Assembly: GCA_038131655.1 (NCBI GenBank)
Contig: JAYPPT010000001.1
Coordinates: forward strand, 153,447 to 217,446
DNA length: 64,000 nucleotides
Direction: 5' to 3'
From: Alphaproteobacteria bacterium
GTDB lineage: Bacteria > Pseudomonadota > Alphaproteobacteria > SMXQ01
In this document: positions 54,552 to 64,000 of the stretch, piece by piece
Layout of the letters: every line of letters begins with the position of its first letter
Numbering within the stretch: position 1 is the first letter of the stretch
Program-made: the position numbers and the translations under genes
The notes under the pieces: generated by a model
Seen by the model: only the letters and a program-made list of their open reading frames with translations
Told to the model about the DNA's origin: nothing
Databases searched by the model: none

Positions 54552-57250
54552 GTCTTGTCCGGCTTCCCCGGCCCGAACTTGAGACCGCGCAAAACCGCGA
54601 AGGGCGAATCGGCCATGCGCTTGGCCTCGCGCGCGGCGCGGGCGATTTCGGCCGGGGATTTCTTTGCCTTGGCACGCCGGGGCGGGTGTTTCCGTGCCGG
54701 AGTTTCGGACTTGGTGGCGTCATCCAGCTTGGTCGGACGGCGGCGCCCTCGCTTGCGCCCGGCACCCGGACCGGCACCCGGGCGGGGTTTTCTTTGCGGA
54801 TGAAAGCCCATGCCATCGGGGCCTTCCTCGGCACGAAAGCCGAGCGCGAACAGCATGCCGACAAGGTCTTCAAGGCTGCCGCCCGCGCATTTGCGCAAAC
54901 TGTCCGTGGCGACGAATTTACCCTGGCGGGCCAGCTTGCGGGTTTCCGCCGCCAGCATTTCCGCGCGCGGACACGACAGCACCCGTGGCCCCAGCGCCAC
55001 CAACCCGCAGGCCCGGTAAAAATCATCGTCAAACGCGGCCAGCCGCGCGAACCCCGGTGCGCCCCGCGCCACCGCACGCGCACCCAGGGCGATTTCGTCG
55101 GGCGGGCGGCGGGCGGCGATGCCGCGCAAGATGGCGCGCAGGCGCCGGGGCGGGGCCTCGTGCAGGCCATCCACATGCACCGTCAGGGTGCCGAGCCGCA
55201 CGCCAAGGCGCGCCAGGCGCTTGCGGGCAGGCCCGTCGCAGGGACGCAACAGCGCTTCCAGGGGTGCCCGCGGCACGCAGCCGAGGCCTTCGGCCAACTG
55301 GAACAAAACGCCACGCGCCGGTGCCGGCAGGGTTTCATCCGTCGCCGCCGCGGCCACCGCGTAGATCGGTCCCAGCACGGCGCACAAATGGGCATCGAGC
55401 CGGTCTTGCAGGATTTCCCCGAGACGCGTCATCCCGGCGGCGTCGATGACGTCGCTGGCAACCGGGCAGGCCTGGGGCGAAAGCGCGTCACGGCCGGGCG
55501 CCAAGGTACCGACCAGGGCGCCTTGCCACATCAGGCGCGCATCATCGGTCAACACCAGCGCATCGGGCCTTGCCGCCGCCAGGGCATCGAGACGCCGCGC
55601 AATTTCCGGCACCAGCGCCCGCGCCGCGGCACCGCGCATGGCTTTCTTCGCCAGTTCACTATCGTCATCGCGCGCAGGCACGCGGGACTGGGCGAAACGA
55701 AAACCTTCCAGCCGGCCGACGACATGACCCTCCACCGAGACCGCGCCGTCATCGGCAACGTCGCTGACCATGTCGGCCGTGCCCTTGAGACCGCGCACCA
55801 GCGCCGTTGTGCGGCGGTCCACGAAACGCTGGGTCAGGCGTTCGTGCAGGGCATCGGACAACTTGTCTTCCACCGCGCGGGTACGCGCCTGCCAATGGGC
55901 GGCATCGTTCAGCCATTCGGCACGGTGCGCGATGTAGGTCCAGGTACGGATGTGATCGATGCGCCCGGTCAGGGTGTCGATGTCGCCGTCGCTGCGTTCA
56001 AGCCGACTGATATGGGAATTGATCCAGTCGTCCTCGAGCCGCCCCGTCGCCATCAGGCGTCGGTACACACCGCCGAGGAAACGGGCGTGGCCGCCACCGG
56101 CGGCACGGCGAAAATCGGGAATCTGGCACACATCCCACAGGCGCATGACATCGTCGCGGGTGCGCGCACTGTCGGCGATATCGCGTTCCGCCGACAGGAT
56201 CTTGAGCGCCAGGTGATCCGGCGCATCGCGCATGGCGATCAGGCCGGGCGCGGGCGCGGGCGCTTCCAGACTGCTCAGAAGGCGCTCAACCGATTGAAAC
56301 ACAAGATCGGTATTGCGCCAGAAAATCGCGCGCACCTTTTCAAAGCTGTGGCTTTCAATGGCGTTCACAAGCTCCGGCGCCAGCTCGCCCGCATCGGCCG
56401 TGGTGCCGAAGGTGCCGTCAGCCATGTGACGCCCGGCGCGCCCTGCGATCTGGCCCAGTTCCGGCGCACTCAGGGGCCGGCGCCGGTGACCGTCGAACTT
56501 GGTCAGCTCGGCGAAGGCGACATGGGCCACGTCCATGTTCAGGCCCATGCCGATGGCATCGGTGGCAACGAGATAATCAACCTCGCCGTCCTGGAACATC
56601 GCCACCTGCGCGTTGCGGGTGCGGGGGCTGAGCGCCCCCATAACCACCGCCGCGCCGCCGCGCTGACGGCGCAGCAATTCGGCGATGCCGTAAACGGAGG
56701 CAGCGGAAAATGCGACCACGGCGGAACGCGCGGGCAGTCGCGTGATCTTGTGGGTGCCCGCGTAAGTCAGGGCGGAAAAACGCGGGCGGGTGACGAATTC
56801 ACAGCCCGGCACCAGCATCCGGATGAAGGGCGCGATGGTTTCCGCACCCAGCAGCATGGTTTCCGCGTAACCGCGGGCATTGAGAATACGGTCGGTAAAG
56901 ATGTGGCCGCGATCGGGATCGGCGGCGAGTTGCACCTCGTCAACCGCGAGGAACGCCACCTCCCGCGCCAGCGGCATGGATTCGACCGTGCACAGGTAAT
57001 AGGACGGGTTAGGCGGCAGGATTTTTTCCTCGCCCGTCACCAGGGCCACCGCGTCGGCACCCTTGACCGCGACCACGCGCTCGTAATTTTCCCGTGCCAG
57101 AAGCCTGAGCGGGAATCCCATCATGCCCGAGACATGACCCATCATCCGCTCGATCGCGAGATAGGTCTTGCCGGTATTGGTCGGTCCCAGAACCGCGGTG
57201 ACGCGGCCCTGGCCGCCCGTATCACCACCCGGAATAAGGGGAGATCGCAT
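54548..57250 (-). CDS. Suv3-like superfamily 2 helicase (helicase-related protein)
   Basis: Walker A GPTNTGKT, DEVQ box, conserved helicase C-terminal motifs; start MRSPLIPG. Confidence 0.8.
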   Translation of the reverse strand: MRSPLIPGGDTGGQGRVTAVLGPTNTGKTYLAIERMMGHVSGMMGFPLRLLARENYERVVAVKGADAVALVTGEEKILPPNPSYYLCTVESMPLAREVAFLAVDEVQLAADPDRGHIFTDRILNARGYAETMLLGAETIAPFIRMLVPGCEFVTRPRFSALTYAGTHKITRLPARSAVVAFSAASVYGIAELLRRQRGGAAVVMGALSPRTRNAQVAMFQDGEVDYLVATDAIGMGLNMDVAHVAFAELTKFDGHRRRPLSAPELGQIAGRAGRHMADGTFGTTADAGELAPELVNAIESHSFEKVRAIFWRNTDLVFQSVERLLSSLEAPAPAPGLIAMRDAPDHLALKILSAERDIADSARTRDDVMRLWDVCQIPDFRRAAGGGHARFLGGVYRRLMATGRLEDDWINSHISRLERSDGDIDTLTGRIDHIRTWTYIAHRAEWLNDAAHWQARTRAVEDKLSDALHERLTQRFVDRRTTALVRGLKGTADMVSDVADDGAVSVEGHVVGRLEGFRFAQSRVPARDDDSELAKKAMRGAAARALVPEIARRLDALAAARPDALVLTDDARLMWQGALVGTLAPGRDALSPQACPVASDVIDAAGMTRLGEILQDRLDAHLCAVLGPIYAVAAAATDETLPAPARGVLFQLAEGLGCVPRAPLEALLRPCDGPARKRLARLGVRLGTLTVHVDGLHEAPPRRLRAILRGIAARRPPDEIALGARAVARGAPGFARLAAFDDDFYRACGLVALGPRVLSCPRAEMLAAETRKLARQGKFVATDSLRKCAGGSLEDLVGMLFALGFRAEEGPDGMGFHPQRKPRPGAGPGAGRKRGRRRPTKLDDATKSETPARKHPPRRAKAKKSPAEIARAAREAKRMADSPFAVLRGLKFGPGKPDKT

Positions 57251-57453
57251 ATTCACCGGCCCCGTGGGCGGAACGCGTCGGCGCCGCCCTAGCGGCCGAT
57301 TTTCGCGAAGTGATCGTGGACCCGCCGCTCCAGCGCTTCGCTCCGGGGCACGTCGCGGAAAGTAATTTGCACGGGAATGGCCATGGCATCCTCCTGTCAC
57401 GCTGCGCTCAACACACCTTCAGCATAACACCGGGTATGAAGATGACGCCAGCG

Positions 57454-58203
57454 TCACCGGGAAAGCGCGTGACGGCCCGCAACAATAATCGGGCCGGTGC
57501 CACCGGCCTGAACGATAACCGCGATATTCTCGAAGCCGGCCTTCTTCTCAGAGCTGATACCCACCTTCAGCGTTGTCGCCCGACCGGTCCATTGCCCGAC
57601 GGCGCGGACGGCGCGGACCACGTTGGAGTAGCTGAGCCTGCGGCCGCTATTTTCGCCCGACGCCACCTCGGTCGTGTGACGATTATCAAAGGCCACCAGC
57701 CACACCGTGGCGCGGCCGATGAATGTCGCCTCGCCGATGGCGATGTCGAGCGCCACCGGCCCAGAACGGGACAGATCAAGGCGCGGCGCATAGGCACTAT
57801 CGGGGCGCGGCGCCGCGATCAGGGCCGCGACCTTGGCGCGGTCGGAGCCCACCGCGTGGGCGCGCCCGCCGATGACCATCTGCGGGGTATAGACGTAGCG
57901 GCCGTTCAGGGTACGAACGTAGTCGCGCTGGCGGGCCGTGACCTCGGCGCTGGAATAGGGATCGCGCCAGCCCAGCCCGTTCCAGTAATCAACATGCAGG
58001 GAAAGCGCCAGGGTATCGGGCCGCGCCGCCAGCTCGCTCAGGTAGGCATCGGCGGGCGGGCACGAGCTGCAGCCTTGCGAGGTGAAAAGTTCCACCACCA
58101 GCGGATTGCGCACCGCTTCCGCGCGGGCCGGTGCGGCGTTGAGCACAAGCAAGCCCAGGGCGGCAATAAATAAAACCGGAAAAAATCGCGAGAACCGTTT
58201 CAT
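57454..58203 (-). CDS. DUF1223 domain protein (thioredoxin-like, secreted)
   Basis: Signal peptide, CSSCPPAD motif. Confidence 0.7.
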   Translation of the reverse strand: MKRFSRFFPVLFIAALGLLVLNAAPARAEAVRNPLVVELFTSQGCSSCPPADAYLSELAARPDTLALSLHVDYWNGLGWRDPYSSAEVTARQRDYVRTLNGRYVYTPQMVIGGRAHAVGSDRAKVAALIAAPRPDSAYAPRLDLSRSGPVALDIAIGEATFIGRATVWLVAFDNRHTTEVASGENSGRRLSYSNVVRAVRAVGQWTGRATTLKVGISSEKKAGFENIAVIVQAGGTGPIIVAGRHALSR

Positions 58204-58281
58204 GAAAAGAGCGTAAGGCGAGAGCACCCCAATGTCCCAATCAAACGCGATCACGCTTTGGTGACCCGCCGATGATCCCGC

Positions 58282-59277
58282 TCAACCGCGGCGCGCGGCC
58301 CGGTAACGCCGGGCGATTTCGGCCGCGGCGGCCGCGGTTTCGAGCAGGGGTTCGGGACGCCAGCCGAAATCTATATCGCCGTCAAAGACCCGCACATGAC
58401 CGCGTGCTCGCATGTCGGCATGAAACGCATCGAACCGGGCCGAGCGGCCCGGATACATCTGCACGTAAACCGGCTTTCCGCTGGCGGCGGCTTCCGACAC
58501 CATGTTGACCGAATCGCAAGTCACGATCAGCGCATCGGCAAGACCGATCAGGCCGAGATAGGGATTGGACCCCGCGCCATCCCAGACGAAGGCGCCGAGT
58601 AGGGTAAGGCGTTCGCTCAAGGCCCGGGTATTTTCCGCGCCGGTCCGTCGCGACGTCAGCACCGCGAGACCGCAGCCGCGCCGCGCCACCAGTTCGGCCA
58701 GGGAATCCGCAAGCTGGCCGATTTCGCGCGCGCCGATGCCGTAGGCCCGGTTGGCGCCACCCACCAGAACCGCCGCCAATGGCCGGGGCAGGGCCGCGAA
58801 GCGCGCCGAGCAGGCCGCCGCTTCCGCCGCCAGGCGTTCGGGCGTCAACCCGTGGATGGAGCCGAGACAGGTAACGATATTGTCACCGACGACACCGTCA
58901 TGGGTGGGCACCACCACCGCGTCGAATCGCGGCGTGGCGCGGTAGGCGTAACCGATATGCACGAGAAAGGTGCGCCCACCGCTGGCCCGGCGCACCGCCA
59001 GTGCCGCGGCGACCGAACGCCGTCCACAACTGATCAGGAGATCGGGCCAGGGCGGATTGAGACCGGCGCCGCCCCGGTTGGCCAGATACAGCGGCACCGG
59101 CCACAGGGGGGCAGGCAGGGCGCCGAGGAAACGGGGCGCGGGGGTCCGCTTGACCTCGGCCGTGACACCAAGCGCGACGGCAAGCGCGCGGGTCTGGGAT
59201 TCCATCCCGGCGTGCCCTTCGCTCAGCGTCCAGACCCGCAGTCCGCTGAGCCCCTGACCTTGCGCGCCGGCAGTCAT
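58282..59277 (-). CDS. ELM1/DUF1022 family (mitochondrial fission ELM1-like) protein
   Basis: 331 aa, glycosyltransferase-like Rossmann pattern; N-terminal start uncertain. Confidence 0.6.
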   Translation of the reverse strand: MTAGAQGQGLSGLRVWTLSEGHAGMESQTRALAVALGVTAEVKRTPAPRFLGALPAPLWPVPLYLANRGGAGLNPPWPDLLISCGRRSVAAALAVRRASGGRTFLVHIGYAYRATPRFDAVVVPTHDGVVGDNIVTCLGSIHGLTPERLAAEAAACSARFAALPRPLAAVLVGGANRAYGIGAREIGQLADSLAELVARRGCGLAVLTSRRTGAENTRALSERLTLLGAFVWDGAGSNPYLGLIGLADALIVTCDSVNMVSEAAASGKPVYVQMYPGRSARFDAFHADMRARGHVRVFDGDIDFGWRPEPLLETAAAAAEIARRYRAARRG

Positions 59278-59289
59278 GATAGCGCCCGG

Positions 59290-61965
<2,676 letters not shown>

Positions 61966-62353
61966 TTTTCATCTCCCGCTGATGGGGGCGGCCCGGCCGA
62001 CCCCGAGAATGTGCACACTCAAGAAGAACGGGTGTTAACGGAGAACACTGGTGCCGTCAAATCCCCATTCGGACGCTTGGGGGCCGCTCTTTAACTAACT
62101 GAAATATAAACGAAAATAATCCGAGGGGGAAATGTCATGGTTTTGCCCCATTGGCGGCAAATGCCCGTCACATTTGACCGCTCTTGTGTCCTTACTGGAA
62201 GGCCATCGCAACAACCCCCCTCCCCCCGGTTGCGCGGCCTTCCGGGGTAGCCAAGCCGGCACCCCTTGTCGGCATTGAGCGGCCACCGGTCCCCCCGCCG
62301 GTGGCCGTTTCCCCATCCGCCGCCCGCCCGCTTTTCGTGCTATAGGGGCCACC

Positions 62354-62998
62354 ATGACTGCCGCGTCATCATTCTCCGGTTCCGGTCTCGCCTGCGTTCG
62401 CGGCGGGCGCCTGCTGTTCGCCGGGCTGGGCTTTGCGCTGGAAGCGGGCGGATGCCTGCTGCTGACCGGCCCCAACGGCATCGGCAAGTCGAGCCTGCTG
62501 CGCCTGATGGCGGGGCTGCTGCCCGCCGCCGCCGGACGGGTCCGGGCGGAGACCTCGCTGGTTTACCTGGGCCATGCCGATACCCTGAAGGCGCAATTGA
62601 CGGTGCGCGAAACCTTGAACTTCTGGGCCTGCCTGGCGGGCCGGGACGAGGCCGCCGTCACCGCCGCCATGGAAACTTACGCGCTGGAGCCGCTGGCCAC
62701 CCTGCCGTGCCGGTATCTTTCCGCCGGCCAGCGCCGCCGCGTCGCGCTAGCGCGCATCATTGCCGACGGGGCGCGCCTGTGGCTGCTGGACGAGCCCCTG
62801 ACCGCGCTCGACGACGCCAGCTTCCAGGCCTTTGAACGCGCCCTGGCGGCCCACCGCGCCGGTGGTGGTCTGGCGGTCATCGCCACCCACGGCGCGATCA
62901 GGGCGCCGGGCGCGGAGACGCTGGAGATCGCGCGTTTTGCCGGGTCCGACCTGGCCGATCCGTTCTACCGCGGCCTGAGCGTGGACCGGGAGGCCTGA
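62354..62998 (+). CDS. ccmA: heme exporter ATP-binding protein CcmA
   Basis: Walker A GPNGIGKSSLL, signature LSAGQRRR. Confidence 0.85.
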   Translation: MTAASSFSGSGLACVRGGRLLFAGLGFALEAGGCLLLTGPNGIGKSSLLRLMAGLLPAAAGRVRAETSLVYLGHADTLKAQLTVRETLNFWACLAGRDEAAVTAAMETYALEPLATLPCRYLSAGQRRRVALARIIADGARLWLLDEPLTALDDASFQAFERALAAHRAGGGLAVIATHGAIRAPGAETLEIARFAGSDLADPFYRGLSVDREA

Positions 62999-62999
62999 C

Positions 63000-63656
63000 A
63001 TGGGGGCGCTATTCGCCATTACCATTCACGACCTGCGCCTGGCCTGGCGGCGCGGCGCCGAGAGCCTGAGCGTCGTCGCCTTCTTCGTGCTGGCGGCGGT
63101 GCTGTTCGGCTTCGGTCTCGACGGCGATACCGCCATTCTTTCCCGCGTCGCGCCGGGGCTGATCTGGGTGACGGCGCTGCTGGCCGCGATGCTGGCGCTC
63201 GACCGGCTGTTCAATGCCGATTATGAGGACGGCAGTCTCGATAGCCTTTTGCTTGCCGACCACCCGCTGGAACTGATCGTCCTGGCCAAGTGCCTGGCCC
63301 ACTGGCTGGCCACCGGGCTGCCGCTGATCGTCGCCGCGCCGATCCTCGCGGTGATCCTGAACCTGCCCGCTCCCGCCTTCGGGCCGCTGCTGGCGGCACT
63401 GGCACTGGGCACGCCGACACTGACCATGATCGGGGCCATCGGCGCCGCGCTGACGCTGGGTGCGCGCCGGGGCGGCGTGCTGATTTCCCTTCTGGTGCTG
63501 CCGCTTTATATTCCGGTGCTGATCTTCGGCGTCGGCGCCGTCGGTGACGGGCCGCGCGCGGTCGCGGCGCTGATGGCGCTCGGTGGCTTCGCGCTGGCGG
63601 CACTGGCACTGGCACCTTTCGTCATCGCCTATGCATTGCGCCAGGCGGCGCGTTAA
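63000..63656 (+). CDS. ccmB: heme exporter protein CcmB
   Basis: 218 aa, 6 TM, position between ccmA and ccmC. Confidence 0.85.
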   Translation: MGALFAITIHDLRLAWRRGAESLSVVAFFVLAAVLFGFGLDGDTAILSRVAPGLIWVTALLAAMLALDRLFNADYEDGSLDSLLLADHPLELIVLAKCLAHWLATGLPLIVAAPILAVILNLPAPAFGPLLAALALGTPTLTMIGAIGAALTLGARRGGVLISLLVLPLYIPVLIFGVGAVGDGPRAVAALMALGGFALAALALAPFVIAYALRQAAR

Positions 63657-63670
63657 GCTCGGGAAAACGG

Positions 63671-64000
63671 ATGTTCAACTTTCTCGCCAATCCCGCCCGC
63701 TTCATGCGCATCGGCAATGCCGTCCTGCCGTGGTGCTGGGCCGTGGCCGCCCTCACCGGGGGCATTGGGCTGTACCTGGCGCTGTTCGCCTCGCCCGCCG
63801 ATTACCAGCAAGGCGATTCGGTGCGCATCATGTATATCCACGTGCCTGCCGCCTGGATGGCGCTTTCCGTCTATACATTGATCGCTGCTTTTGCCGCCAT
63901 CGCGCTGGTGTGGAAGCACCCGCTCGCCCACGTGGTGGCCCAGGCGGCGGCACCGCTGGGCGCGGGCTTCACCCTGATCTGCCTGGTGACCGGCGCGCTT
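63671..64000 (+). CDS. ccmC: heme exporter protein CcmC, 5' fragment (continues past window end)
   Basis: MFNFLANPARF...WCWAVAALTGGIGLYLALFASPADYQQGDSVRIMYIHVPAAW typical CcmC N-terminus. Confidence 0.8.
   Translation, partial: MFNFLANPARFMRIGNAVLPWCWAVAALTGGIGLYLALFASPADYQQGDSVRIMYIHVPAAWMALSVYTLIAAFAAIALVWKHPLAHVVAQAAAPLGAGFTLICLVTGAL

Noticed and set aside
54686-57292. 868-aa + strand ORF
   Set aside because: Antisense to the Suv3-like helicase gene.
62095-62487. 130-aa minus-strand ORF in the acnA/ccmA intergenic region overlapping ccmA start
   Set aside because: Pro/Ala/Arg-rich, no RBS, overlaps the bona fide ccmA start; likely spurious.

Overview
High-GC (~65-68%) bacterial chromosome segment, most likely alphaproteobacterial. 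Two cues support that: the conserved core block cdnL - fdxA - S4/Hsp15 - Suv3-like helicase - DUF1223 - ELM1 - acnA - ccmABC at 51.8-64 kb, and the abundance of TctC/Bug-type binding proteins.

The window opens with an ABC-2 permease / GldG-like / DUF4340 transporter module (0-4 kb). It then enters a ~40 kb accessory/metabolic region (4-44.6 kb) containing:
- a GntR-TctC-MFS-ornithine cyclodeaminase operon;
- four paralogous arylmalonate-decarboxylase/maleate-isomerase-like (Asp/Glu/hydantoin racemase superfamily) genes, one of them paired with an alpha/beta hydrolase;
- a molybdenum-hydroxylase island with three IorB-like Mo subunits, two IorA-like 2Fe-2S subunits, split XdhC and MocA;
- a ThrC-like / FAH / ketopantoate-reductase-like operon;
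- a complete TctCBA tricarboxylate transporter;
- asparaginase, an acyl-CoA synthetase and an orphan CoxL-like Mo subunit;
- malate synthase co-operonic with two alpha/beta hydrolases.

At 44.6-48.0 kb a sharply lower-GC (~40-48%) segment surrounds a tRNA-Arg(CCU). It carries a secreted cyclophilin, two uncharacterised membrane proteins, a secreted dienelactone-hydrolase-like protein and the 3' end of a PagL-like gene. No integrase, transposase, CRISPR or rRNA was seen.

Most interesting observations:
- the compositional islet with the two unknown membrane proteins and an intragenic GC junction in pagL;
- the tandem quadruplet of AMDase-like genes, two of which lack the catalytic-position Cys;
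- the L-S-L Mo-hydroxylase arrangement with an N-terminus that has no canonical start codon;
- two unrelated TctC proteins ending in ~10-residue poly-lysine tails;
- a CdnL/CarD regulator fused to an N-terminal histone-H1-like AKKA-repeat domain.

All functional calls are from reading translated ORFs and remembered family signatures; no database search was run.
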